From an uncultured Gemmatimonadales bacterium (lineage in GTDB: Bacteria > Gemmatimonadota > Gemmatimonadetes > Gemmatimonadales > Gemmatimonadaceae), in the NCBI GenBank assembly GCA_963793305.1, contig CAWBZV010000003.1:736001-800000 (forward strand): a DNA stretch of 64,000 bases, written 5' to 3'. Shown piece after piece: positions 31,368-41,353 of this stretch; within the stretch, counting starts at the first letter, position 1; each line of letters begins with the position of its first letter. The position numbers and the translations under genes were made by a program. The notes beneath the pieces are model-generated. The model had not been told where the DNA came from. It saw only the letters and a program-made list of their open reading frames with translations, and searched no databases.

Positions 31368-31463
31368 AGGCAGGGTGGTGACACTGTCGATCCCGGTGAA
31401 TCCGGGCGCAACTACGAATCCACTGCCGAAGTCTCCACATTGGTAGATTCAACGCGTGGTACC
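31368..31463 (+). pseudogene. Leaderless fourth lasso core remnant
   Basis: The frame reads RQGGDTVDPGESGRNYESTAEVSTLVDSTRGT and aligns with the A3 core. There is no in-frame start or leader back to the TGA at 31281. Confidence 0.65.
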
Positions 31464-31740
31464 CAAGGGCGACTTACTGAAATCTGCCCCGTTTCTTGTG
31501 GTCCGGCGGCTAGCAAGTTCGATATCGTGATTTACCCGACAAAGTTGCGGGAATGAAAACCGCTGCCATCTATCAGTTGCTGTCGGCTCCTCGTCCATAC
31601 CCTGGGCGCATTTCGCTTATCGCGCTGCGTATGAAGGCTGGTCTTTCAGTTGCGTAGGCAATTGGATGGGCTTCGTGTGTGAAGGCTCTGCTGTCGGTGG
31701 CGCGCCCGCTAATCTCGCCATGCGACGAGGCGATGGGCCG

Positions 31741-32015
31741 TGTCAGCGGCGGAGATAATCGCGCACTTGCAGGACAGCGCTGAGCTGCGGGAACGTCGCT
31801 GAGCGGGTTTGTCGATGTTGGCCTCAAAGGAGTCGAGCTTCGTCGCGTGCACTGGGCACCCGCGCGGTGGCTCGGCAGAGACCGCGATCGAGTTGGCCAG
31901 TCTCGATCCAGTGTTAGGTCACGCCGCTCACCCCGAGCCGGTCCGCGATGACTGTCTTCGGTCCGCCTTATTCCAGCAGGTGCCTGAATGGCACGAGTCG
32001 GTCCCATCCATGCGC
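31741..32015 (-). mobile_element. Internally deleted IS21 remnant (istA 5' end joined to a right-end IR)
   Basis: Minus strand reads HGWDRLVPFRHLLE*GGPKTVIADRLGVS... TGTCAGCGGCGGAGATAATCGCGCACTT at 31741 matches the right IR of the intact element. Confidence 0.8.
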
Positions 32016-32327
32016 GGGGCGCCCCTCCCTGCCGAGGCGCCAACATGGGGTCAGATCGCCTGGCTGCGAGCAAAATCGCTTCATCGGGAATCTGGTATTT
32101 GGCGAGTGTGCGATTCGAGTGTTAGCGGCGGCGCGAGATTGCACGAAATCGGCGGCGATAATTGCACACTTTCGTCCATTGCGTGGCAGAAATCGTGCTG
32201 GTTGGGCCATGACGCGTTTGAGCAACGTGCCCGAACGTGCACAAATTGTGATATGTAGCATTGGTCCATCTGGCGCGATCGCCCCGCTGACTCTGTATTG
32301 CTTCGATCTATCAGGGTCGAGGCCTCA

Positions 32328-33368
32328 GTGTACGGGTGGGACCGACTCGTGCTGCTCAAACACTTGCTGGAAGAAGGCGTGCCGAAGACGGTCATCGCGG
32401 ACCGGCTCGGCGTCAGTCGTCGGGTGATCTACCACTGGATCGAGAGCGGCCAACTCGATCGCGATCTCGCGGAGCCGCCGCCGCCGCGCCGACGCGTGGT
32501 GTACGCGAGGAAGCTCGATGCCTATAAGGCCATCGTGGATACGCGCCTCGCGACGTTCCCGGAGCTGAGCGCGGTGCGGTTGTTCGAGGAGTGTCGCGCC
32601 GCCGGGTACACCGGCAGTCTGACCCAGCTCAAGGTCTACGTGCGCGGCGTCCGACCACGACCCGTCGAAGAGCCGGTGATCCGGTTCGAGACCGCCCCGG
32701 GCGTTCAAGTCCAGGTGGACTTCGCCGATGTGCGCTTCCCCTGGGGGAAGCGCTACGCGTTCCTGGCGGTGCTGGGCTACTCGCGGTTGTTGTATCTCGA
32801 GTTCGTGGAGCGCCAGACGATGGACGCGGTCGTGCGAGGTCTGGAAGCCGCGTTCACCTACTTCGGGGGCGTGCCGCAGGAGGTGTTGTTCGACCAGATG
32901 CGGGCCGTGGTCGTGAGCGATGCCCGTCCTCGGGGCGGCCGGCTGCTGGAGAACCCGGAGTTCCTCCGCGTCGCGGCACACTGGAGCTTCCGCATCCGCG
33001 CCTGTCGGCCGTATCGCGCTCAGACGAAGGGCAAGATCGAGCGGCCGGTGAGCTATCTCCGGCGGAACTTCCTCTACGGCCGCACGTTCCTCGGCGACGC
33101 GGATCTGGCGTCGCAGGCGCGGGCCTGGCTGGGTGGCACGGCCAACGCTCGCGTGCACGGCACGACGCACGAAGTGCCACGACTGCGCTTCGAGCGCGAT
33201 GAACGGCCCGCGCTGGGTCCGCTGGCGGTGCGGCCGTACGAACTGCTCGTCCTGCCCACGGCGCGCCGGCCGGCGAGTTCGCGCAGCGCGCCGGCCGTTC
33301 CGCGGATCGCCGTCGAGCGACGGCCGCTCGTGGCGTACACGCGGCTGGCGAGCGGGGGGCAGCGATGA
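32328..33368 (+). CDS. istA: IS21 transposase
   Basis: RFETAPGVQVQVDF, LGYSR, FGGVPQEVLFDQM, PYRAQTKGKIER, HGTT. Confidence 0.95.
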   Translation: MYGWDRLVLLKHLLEEGVPKTVIADRLGVSRRVIYHWIESGQLDRDLAEPPPPRRRVVYARKLDAYKAIVDTRLATFPELSAVRLFEECRAAGYTGSLTQLKVYVRGVRPRPVEEPVIRFETAPGVQVQVDFADVRFPWGKRYAFLAVLGYSRLLYLEFVERQTMDAVVRGLEAAFTYFGGVPQEVLFDQMRAVVVSDARPRGGRLLENPEFLRVAAHWSFRIRACRPYRAQTKGKIERPVSYLRRNFLYGRTFLGDADLASQARAWLGGTANARVHGTTHEVPRLRFERDERPALGPLAVRPYELLVLPTARRPASSRSAPAVPRIAVERRPLVAYTRLASGGQR

Positions 33369-34210
33369 CGCCCACTACTCCGCCCACCCTTCGCGATCGG
33401 ATCCGCGCCCAACTCGCCGACCTCAAGATGCCGGGGAGCCTCGAGGCGCTTGACGATATCCTCCGCCAGGCCGATAGCGGTGCGCTCGTCGCCGGCCCGG
33501 CGATCGAGCAGGTCCTGGGCGCCCACATCGCGCTGCGTAACGCGCGCCGGTTGGAGACCGCGCGCCGCGCCTCGCGCTTGCCGGCGATCAAGACGCTGGC
33601 CGACTTCGACTTCAGCTTCCAGCCGAGCGTGCGGCGCGAGCAGATCGCGAGCCTCCACACCCTGGGCTTCATCGAGCGCAAGGAGAACGTCGTGTTCTTA
33701 GGCCCGCCGGGCGTCGGGAAGACGCACCTCGCGCTCAGTCTCGCGGTCGCCGCCGTCACGGGTGGGCGGCGGGTCTACTACACCACGCTCGCCGAGCTCG
33801 TCGTCTCACTCGAAGAAGCCCAGGCGCAGGGCCGGCTCTCGCATCGCCTGCGGACGCTCGTCTTCCCGAGCCTCATGCTGGTCGACGAGATCGGCTATCT
33901 GCCGCTCAGTCGCACCGGGGCCATGCTCTTCTTCCAGCTCATGTCGCGGCGCTATGAAGTCGCGAGCACCATCCTGACGAGCAACAAGGGCTTCGAAGAC
34001 TGGGGCGACATCTTCGGCGACGACGTGATGGCGGCCGCGCTCATCGATCGGCTCGTGCACCACTGCCACATCGTCAACATCCGCGGCAACAGCTACCGCA
34101 TGAAGCACCACGCCGAGCTCTACGCGGCGTTGCACCCCCATGAACATGAACGAGAACAAGATCGACCCCCCAAACCCAAGGCGTCACGCCGGGAGGTTGC
34201 GGCGCGCTAG
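33365..34210 (+). CDS. istB: IS21 helper ATPase
   Basis: KTLADFDFSFQP, GPPGVGKTHLA, LVDEIGY, TSNK, DRLVHH, GNSYR. Confidence 0.96.
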   Translation: MTPTTPPTLRDRIRAQLADLKMPGSLEALDDILRQADSGALVAGPAIEQVLGAHIALRNARRLETARRASRLPAIKTLADFDFSFQPSVRREQIASLHTLGFIERKENVVFLGPPGVGKTHLALSLAVAAVTGGRRVYYTTLAELVVSLEEAQAQGRLSHRLRTLVFPSLMLVDEIGYLPLSRTGAMLFFQLMSRRYEVASTILTSNKGFEDWGDIFGDDVMAAALIDRLVHHCHIVNIRGNSYRMKHHAELYAALHPHEHEREQDRPPKPKASRREVAAR

Positions 34211-34376
34211 CGGCTCGCCCCCTGTGCAATCTGAGGCCGCCGAAAGTGTGCAATTATCTCCGCCGTTGACACCGCGACAATCATCACCTACGCGTGGATA
34301 ACTGCAATTTCCAAGCAAGGCATCAATCGACGGCCGCCGTCATTGCACAGCCAATTAAGTTGAGCCGCACCGGTGA

Positions 34377-35600
34377 CTATTTTGGCACTTTCCCGGCAAA
34401 TGGCGGTTCGCACACTGTCCGAAGTGCGTTCGCCATTTGGGTCAACGTTTGCACGGGCGCAAAATACCTTACAATTCTTCGATCGATCACAAACCCCTGC
34501 TGTTGCTCGACCGCCAAAGCTTCACGCACCGCACTGACGAGATAGTCCCGAATCGTCGACTCGGCGACCGACCGCCCTAAGCGTTCCTTTCCATCACGCG
34601 GTTTGGTGTTGCGCCCGAGCAAAAGGGTTACGCATGTGTTGGTCAGGCTCCTAAGGCTGTAGTACAGCGTCTGGACTAGGAGTGACTCAGAATCTAATTC
34701 AGATATTGGTATGACTGAATCCAGGTCTACAAATCCGCCATCGAGAACGGCATTTTGGGGGTTGCAGCAGTCACCTGTGCCGCGCGAGCCGAGCGCCCCT
34801 GGGATATACCCCAGCGCGAGGAGTCGGCTGAAGGCTTTGGCCCAAAGCGGCACCGACAGTTGTGGTGGCGGCCATATGCTTGCAAATGCCTTTTCGCGTT
34901 CCGCGAAAGTTGCACTACCGTCAAACGAGCGATCGAAATGGGCTACTCGAAGGGGCAAGCTTCGGTAATAGTACACATAGACAGCGAGACCCCCTGCAAT
35001 TTGACTGTATACTCGGTCCCAAGCACGCGATGACAGATATGACCGTAGTTGTATCGCAAAGCGCTCGACCAACGATCGTGGGAGTGGGTATATGAATAGT
35101 GGAACCGGGTGAGGGCCAGTTCTCCGTACACCATCCAATGCCGCCCTTGGACTTCAAGGGCGACTTTCGCTTCGCGCTCTGCTTCGTAGAGCGTCAGAGC
35201 GCCTGGCACTTTGTTTTCGTATAGGCAAAAATGCTCAGACGAAGTCTCTTGCGTACTTGTGGCATGGAAGGACCCATGTGCCAAATGTGACAGCCATCCA
35301 TCGATATCGTCGCTCAATTCTTCCGCTCCCTTGATCGCAATAACGCCTTTACCAGAACTCGTTCGACGGAAGTAGAGCGATACGCATATAATGCGGCAAC
35401 CTGAGGAAATGATGGCTCGTTCCAGACTTGCCGCGGAGGGCGAGTACGGAAATCCACTTCGCAGGCTTGCGGCTGTTTTCGGTAACCAAGAGATCCTTTC
35501 CGTTTCTGCTATAGCTGGCCAGTACTGCTCACTTGTGGCCAAATCGCAGCACGGCGAGCCTCTCTCTCCAGCCGCAACCTTCGGTTTGTGCAATCGCTAG
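34377..35600 (-). CDS. Hypothetical protein with kinase-like (SelO-reminiscent) motifs; frameshifted near 35110
   Basis: Overlapping ORFs 34943-35593 and 34377-35138 join as ...VIAIKGAE...ENKVPGAL..EAEREA...YGELA/PVPLFIY...GDCCNPQNAVLDGGFVDLDS. 5' end uncertain. Confidence 0.5.
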
Positions 35601-35952
35601 CACGTCCATCGGCTCGTCTCGGATTTAGCAAGAATACATCTCTCTTTGTACAGGTTCGTCGAAGGTTGCTCTCAACTGATCGTGCCGACACCCCCGATGT
35701 CGCGGAATATTATGTGGTTCTGTAAAGTAAGGCTGCCCGAGCCTGCGATCGTGTCGCCCGCTACCCTAGGCTCTAGGTCAGTGGGACCGTCTTCTCACGA
35801 TCTGCCCCGGCCTCAGAACTCGTTCGGCAAGTGCTACTGCGTCTCCTCACTGGTCTGACATTGCATCCAATCGAAGCTTAGTCATCTTGGTTTGTACACG
35901 GCGACCTTGCGTGGCTCAACGTGTGTTCTATTTGGGTCGGGGACAATATCTT

Positions 35953-37839
35953 CTATTTATATCCGGCAGCCTGCATCATGAACAGTTCCCGGTAGAGGCC
36001 GGCGCGACTGACGAGATCATGGTGGACCCGTGGTCTCGCGATGGCGCCCCCTCCCCGAAGGACAATGATTCGGTCTGCCATTCGCACTGTGGAGAAGCGG
36101 TGCGAGATTGACACCGCCGTCCGGGCACTCGTTACGGTTCAGAAGAACCGGTTCGAACACTTCATATTCAGCGCGAGCATCGAGTGCCGCAGTCGGCTCG
36201 TCGCACACGAGCACTTGCGCGTTTCGCATGTACGCTCGGGCGAGCGCGACTTTTTGCCACTCGCCACCGGATAGGTCGACGCCACCTTCGAATCGACGGC
36301 CAAGGACCTGACGATAGCCTGCCGGAGTCGCCAGGTAGCACTGACGCGGCGAGCGAGCGCTCCGCGGCGTTGGCGATTGCGGGCGAAGACGGAGTGCTCG
36401 ATCGCGACAGCATTGTCATTGGCGATGTGCTTGCGCTACCGTGATCTCCCAACCGCAATGTTCTCATCGAATCGAAAGTCGTAACGAACGAAATCCTGAA
36501 AAATGACGCCGATAGCATTGCGAAGTGAGTGAATGTCGTATTCTCGAAGGTCAATCCCATCCAAGAGCACTCGGCCTTCGGTCGGATCGTAAAGCCGAGT
36601 AAGGAGTTTCGTCAACGTCGTCTTGCCGGCTCCGTTCTCGCCGACAAGGGCGACCCGTTCTCCTGAACGAAGCTCGAGGTTAACGCCTCTGACTGCCCAA
36701 CGATCGCTATTGTGGTAGCGAAATCCGACATTCTCGAATACGAACCCGTGTTGGATCGCCTTCGGGACAAGCAAGCCTTGTTGGCGAATGCTTATGGCAG
36801 GCCGAATCTCGAAGTACAGGAACAGGTCTCGCAGGTAGAGTGTCTGGTCGTAGATCTCTCGGAATGTCTGCAGGATGCTCTGGATGTAGCTACGGCTACC
36901 GGAGAACGAAGAGGCGAGGAAGGTCAGTGTGCCGATCGTGATGCGTCCGCGTGCAGCGTCGGCGAGGATCAGAATGTACGCGATGTAGTAGCCTAGCGTG
37001 CCAAGGATCGGCAGGGCTCCGCTGACCCAGGCGCGCTGGATCGCCAGAGTTTTGTTCTCCTCGTAGAAAGTCTGAGACATCGTGCGGAACCGTTCGACCA
37101 ACCACGGGGCGAGCCCGAAGGTCTGTACCTCCTTCGCTGTCTTGTCGCACGCCCCGACATAGCGCAGGTACTCAAGCATGCGCCGACCCTCGGTGCGGCC
37201 GAAGAACAATGAGTACGCTCGGCGAGAATAGTGCGTCTCACCAATGAAGCTCGGGAAGATCGCAAGGACCAGGAGTCCCAGCAGCCACGGGTTGAAGGCG
37301 ACGATCGCGCCGCTCAAGCTGAGCAACGTCAGTGAGTACTGGCAGACGCTCAGGAGCTGACCGAGCAGAGTGAGCCGTGCCGTCGAATTCTGCCGCGCAC
37401 GTTCGAGCAAGTCATAGAATTCCGAATTCTCGAACTGCTCGAGATCGAGCGTCGCGGCGTGCTCCATGATCCGGACACTGACATGATTCGTGAACAGGTC
37501 GCCAAGCAGGCTCTCGACCAACGTCGATGCCCGGGATATCGCCTGGTCCGTCACGACGATCGCGATCTCGATCGCGACGAGCGTCCACAGGTGCCGCCAG
37601 TCGGGACCGTGCTGGCGCGCTTTGACGACAGCATCGATGATGAGCTTCGCCACCCACATCGTCGCCAGCGGCGTTGCCGCCCGGACGATGCGGAGCACCA
37701 TCATCGCGAGCGTCAGTTGCCAGTTCGTCTCCCAAATCAGCGCGATGAACTTTGGAACGTACCTGAGCGCGGAGATCCGGTCGCGAAGCTTGGGCGGCTG
37801 TTTGGCAGCCGTGCCGTTACTGCCGTTCGTCGTCGCCAC
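35953..37839 (-). CDS. ABC exporter (fused TMD and NBD), frameshifted in the C-terminal part; candidate lasso exporter
   Basis: GENGAGKT, VIFQDF; downstream frames give LSGGEWQKVALARA, DEPTAALD, SHRFSTVRMAD, ELFMMQAAGYK*. Confidence 0.88.
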
Positions 37840-37848
37840 GTGTCGTGC

Positions 37849-38040
37849 TCAGGGGTGTGCCGCGAGCAATGTCGGCGTAGCGGTCGTCACTGGCGTGGTG
37901 GAGTGGGCCACCGCCTTGTGCGCGTGGTGACGCGTCGAGCGAAATACGGAGCACAACGGCTCGAACGCCAGCGCTGCCGTGAGTCCAGCAGCGATCAAAC
38001 CCGCACTTGCGAGCACGACAATCCGATGACGCAGTGACAT
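37849..38040 (-). CDS. Small exported or membrane protein
   Basis: GGAG RBS; hydrophobic N-terminus; His/Thr-rich tail; stops 10 bp before the ABC gene start. Confidence 0.5.
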   Translation of the reverse strand: MSLRHRIVVLASAGLIAAGLTAALAFEPLCSVFRSTRHHAHKAVAHSTTPVTTATPTLLAAHP

Positions 38041-38202
38041 GCGATGATCTCCTGCCTGTCACCGCAACGTAAGGTTCGCTGCTCGCGCTCGATACGAACC
38101 ACTAGGCGAATCCCGGCCACACCCACGACAAACGCACGCCCGCATGGAGCGCGCGTCGTAGCGTCGTGGTCTACTGAGCGAGCACGTCGAGCGCGATCGC
38201 TC

Positions 38203-39039
38203 TCAGTACTCGTCCCACTGCCGCGGCCGATTCGGATCGTCGTCATCCCACCCCAGCACGTCATGCGGCAGCGGCGGCAGCTTGAGCCGCTCCTCATTCG
38301 CCGCCCACGCCTTGCGGATGATCTTCTGCAGCGTCTCATACGCCGAGACCATCTTCCACCCCTCCCGCGTCGGCACAATGAGCGGATCCTCATCCCGATG
38401 CGTCATCTTCGCCCGTAGCGTCCGGAACGTCGTCCGATACTCGGGATGCACCGAGCTCCAGTCGGCCTGGAAGTACGCCTCGAGCAGCGTGTCGTGCGGG
38501 ATGCTCTTGCCGGCGAGCATGAAGAGGTGGAAGAAGACGTTGAGCTCCTTGTCGGTGAGCCGCGTCGTGCGACCGTGGCGCGTGACGTTGCGCGTGTGGA
38601 GGTTGACGGTGATGCCTTGGCTCTTGATGATCGGCACACCGGGCGGCTCAGGCTTCGGCGCCTTCCGCATGAAGTTGAGCATCTGCTCGAGCAGTTGCTC
38701 GGAGTCGAACGGCTTCTGGATGCACTTGAGATCCAGCTCCACCTGATCGACCGCGATCATCTCGATCGGGTAGCCCGTCATGAGAATCGTCGGCACCGTC
38801 GAGCCGTACTTCCGCGTCAAGCGAAAGAGATCGAGGCCCTTGATGTCGGGCAGGAAGACATCGAGGAGGAAGAACGATGGCGGCGGGATCGTGAGCGTGT
38901 AGCGAAGGGCGCGCGGGGCATCGGGTGCGGCGCGCACCTCGAACCCGGCGTCGCGCATGGTGCGCGCGGCCATCGCGAGGACGGCGCGGTCGTCCTCACA
39001 GATCACGACGGTCCGGCCGGCGAGCTCCGAAGTGGTCAT
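38203..39039 (-). CDS. OmpR-family response regulator (divergent)
   Basis: VICEDD, FLLDVFLPDIKG, LMTG, QKPF, LTDKELNVF, TLRAKM. Confidence 0.85.
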   Translation of the reverse strand: MTTSELAGRTVVICEDDRAVLAMAARTMRDAGFEVRAAPDAPRALRYTLTIPPPSFFLLDVFLPDIKGLDLFRLTRKYGSTVPTILMTGYPIEMIAVDQVELDLKCIQKPFDSEQLLEQMLNFMRKAPKPEPPGVPIIKSQGITVNLHTRNVTRHGRTTRLTDKELNVFFHLFMLAGKSIPHDTLLEAYFQADWSSVHPEYRTTFRTLRAKMTHRDEDPLIVPTREGWKMVSAYETLQKIIRKAWAANEERLKLPPLPHDVLGWDDDDPNRPRQWDEY

Positions 39040-39452
39040 TTCTCGCTATCCAAGAAGAAGAATGGCGCGAGTAAGGAACTACAGACAAATGAATCACTTC
39101 GCAAGTGGGCAACGGACTCAGCCGTAGCAACATTTACTAGCGCGGTGTGACGATAACGGCTATATGACCTCTACGTCGATACGTAATCGTCACGCTTCAT
39201 GCGTCTCTCTTCTTCAGGGAGGCGAAATGTGCCGGAAATACGTCGCCGACGACGCATTGCTGTGTATGGATCGCATGACGTACGGCGGCGGGAGGGCCAG
39301 TGGGTCGTCCCCGCCGAGCGAAACAGGTACGGGCTCTGCAATTAGAGGCCATCTGACCAGACGGTGTCGCGACTCGGTCAGACCACAAATCCGATTCCGC
39401 GCGACAGACGTATAACCATGCAGCGTATAGTGTGTAGCCGCATAGGGTACGC

Positions 39453-39746
39453 ATGCGGCAACATCCACCTAGTATGACACCACAGGCATCGCGGCAGCCT
39501 ATGCAGCAAGCTGTGGATCGGCCAGAGGCTCCGGCCCGCATTACGTTCGCCACGAACGTCCGGCGAGCGAGAATGCAACTCGGTATCTCCCAGGAGAAAC
39601 TCGCCGAGCTCTCTGGGCTCCACCGGACGTTCGTTTCCTCCGTCGAGAGAGGCGAACGCAATATCTCGGTCGACAATATGGAACGCGTGGCTTCCGCACT
39701 TCGCGTGAAGCTCGCGATCCTGCTCACGCCGCCACTCGGCGACTGA
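39453..39746 (+). CDS. XRE-family HTH regulator
   Basis: FATNVRRARMQLGISQEKLAELSGLHRTFVSSVERGERNISVDNM. Confidence 0.92.
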   Translation: MRQHPPSMTPQASRQPMQQAVDRPEAPARITFATNVRRARMQLGISQEKLAELSGLHRTFVSSVERGERNISVDNMERVASALRVKLAILLTPPLGD

Positions 39747-39766
39747 GCAAGCGACCCCTGGGAGAT

Positions 39767-39804
39767 CGGCCGGCCGGCACACCGTAAAATGTGCCGGCTG
39801 GCCG
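39767..39804. terminator. Hairpin between convergent XRE genes
   Basis: CGGCCGGCCGGCACA-CCGTAAAA-TGTGCCGGCTGGCCG, 15-bp stem. Confidence 0.6.
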
Positions 39805-39812
39805 GTGGGCCA

Positions 39813-40088
39813 TCAGTCGCCGCGGCTGCGACGATGCGAGTGGCCTTTCGTCGGCAACGGATCCAGTTCCTGCAACGCGGCGCCGAACTCGCGCCAGTTG
39901 ATCCCGAGACCCACCAGCAGCTGGCGGATCTTCCGAAATCCCACGTTGCGCTCGGCCCGTTCGACCGCGCCCACGAACCCGCGGTCCAAACGGGCTTCGT
40001 ACGCGAACCCCTCCTGCGTGTAGCCGGCCGAGCGGCGATACGTGCGAATTACCTCGGCCAATGGCTGCAACTCTTCATGTCGTTCCAC
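39813..40088 (-). CDS. XRE-family HTH regulator
   Basis: LAEVIRTYRRSAGYTQEGFAYEARLDRGFVGAVERAERNV; GTG start inferred. Confidence 0.85.
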   Translation of the reverse strand: MERHEELQPLAEVIRTYRRSAGYTQEGFAYEARLDRGFVGAVERAERNVGFRKIRQLLVGLGINWREFGAALQELDPLPTKGHSHRRSRGD

Positions 40089-40216
40089 AGCGGAAGCATA
40101 TCTATGCGACCATGCACCGATACAAGGGTGAGAATACATCCTCGTACACTGCGATGATGTGTATTCGCATACGGTGTATCGGCAACCGGTGAGTATGACT
40201 CTGTTAGTGATCGCAC

Positions 40217-41344
40217 TCAGTACGGGTGCTCGAATACCAAGTCCCGCGACACCATCACCAGAAACAACGTCCCGCCGCGCACCGTGATCACCGGTGTCAT
40301 ACGCGCGTCGTTGCGCAACACCTCGAGACTCTGCTCCGTCACCTGCTGACCGAGCGAGCCCGCGAGTACCTGGCCCGGGGAAGCCACGCCGTACGGGACA
40401 CTCGATGGCGGCTGACTCAGTTGCGCGCCGGCGCCGACCAACGACAGCAAGCCCGCGTCGAGATACGCGCGACCCAGGTGCGAGTTCACCGCGCCCCGTA
40501 GTCCCGACGTGCCACCCGCGTCCGCGGACTCGAGGTCCGGCAACGAGAGCGTGCGGCCGCTTGGGAATATCAGGCGCGTCCACACTACCGACAGCGCATC
40601 TTCTCCTTGCGCGACCTTCGAGTCGTAGTGGCCGACTATGCGCGAGCCACGGGGGATCAATACCCAGCGCAGCGACGGCGTGTCGTACACATCGCGCGTG
40701 ACCTGGGCGATAACGAGGCCCGGAAGCGTCGAGTGGATCTCGGTCAGCAATGACGCTGGGATCATCGCGCCGGACTCCAGCACGTAAGGCGATGGCGCTA
40801 CGACCGCGGTCGTGTCCCTGTGCACCACGAGCGCGCTCGTCCACGCGCGAGGAGGCGCGGCTGGTGCCATCAGCGCGACGCGCGCTGGTGGGGTAGGCGA
40901 AGGTAATGGTGAAATCGGCGGCGCGAGAGAGTCTTGCGGACACGACGGCTGCTGCGGATACGACAGCTGCGGCGGATACGACGTGCGCTGCGGATATGAC
41001 GTGCGCTGCGGATATGACGTGCGCTGCGGATATGACGTGCGCTGCGGATACGACGTGCGCTGCGGATACGACGCACGCTGCGGATACGACGCGCGCTGCG
41101 GATATGACGGACGCTGCGGACACGACGGACGCTGCGGATACGACGGGGGCTGCGGATACGACGGACGCTGCGGGACTACGCGTGGCGCGACCGAGGTGGG
41201 CTCGGGCGATGGAGCACGCGCGTGCAATGTCGTCGACCAGAGTACGACCAGCACCGTCACGAATATCAGCACGCCGACCACCACCAGCGCAACGTGGTTG
41301 AGCCGCATCGGACTCGGCGGCCGCGGTCGAAAACTCGTCGACAT
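40217..41344 (-). CDS. trbI: T4SS VirB10-like protein
   Basis: N-terminal TM; SPYVLESGAMIPASLLTEIHSTLPG, AQVTRDVYD, LIPRGS, WTRLIFP, MVSRDLVF. Confidence 0.92.
   Translation of the reverse strand: MSTSFRPRPPSPMRLNHVALVVVGVLIFVTVLVVLWSTTLHARAPSPEPTSVAPRVVPQRPSYPQPPSYPQRPSCPQRPSYPQRASYPQRASYPQRTSYPQRTSYPQRTSYPQRTSYPQRTSYPPQLSYPQQPSCPQDSLAPPISPLPSPTPPARVALMAPAAPPRAWTSALVVHRDTTAVVAPSPYVLESGAMIPASLLTEIHSTLPGLVIAQVTRDVYDTPSLRWVLIPRGSRIVGHYDSKVAQGEDALSVVWTRLIFPSGRTLSLPDLESADAGGTSGLRGAVNSHLGRAYLDAGLLSLVGAGAQLSQPPSSVPYGVASPGQVLAGSLGQQVTEQSLEVLRNDARMTPVITVRGGTLFLVMVSRDLVFEHPY
40940..41173 (-). repeat. 13 x 18-bp coding tandem repeat (PQRxSY) in the trbI linker
   Basis: GCTGCGGATA(C/T)GACG(T/C/G)(G/A)C units on the + strand. 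Confidence 0.92.
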
Positions 41345-41353
41345 CGCGTTGCG

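Larger units (their letters stand above)
32120..34271 (+). mobile_element. IS21-family insertion sequence (about 2.15 kb)
   Basis: Left end TGTTAGCGGCGG..ATTGCAC..CGGCGGCGATAATTGCACACTTTCG; right end (reverse complement) TGTCAACGGCGGAGATAATTGCACACTTTCG; istA and istB inside; no target duplication seen. Confidence 0.92.

Noticed and set aside
32111..34280. Target-site duplication for the IS21
   Set aside because: Flanks GATTCGAG and CCGCGACA do not match; the CCG match using the 31741 end is only 3 bp and could be chance.
39813..41123. 436-aa ORF with VISAAH repeats fused to an HTH
   Set aside because: Alternative frame of trbI running into the real XRE gene; only 39813-40088 looks coding.
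40940..41173. Regular repeats that might be a CRISPR array
   Set aside because: Contiguous 18-bp units with no unique spacers, in frame inside trbI; no cas genes.
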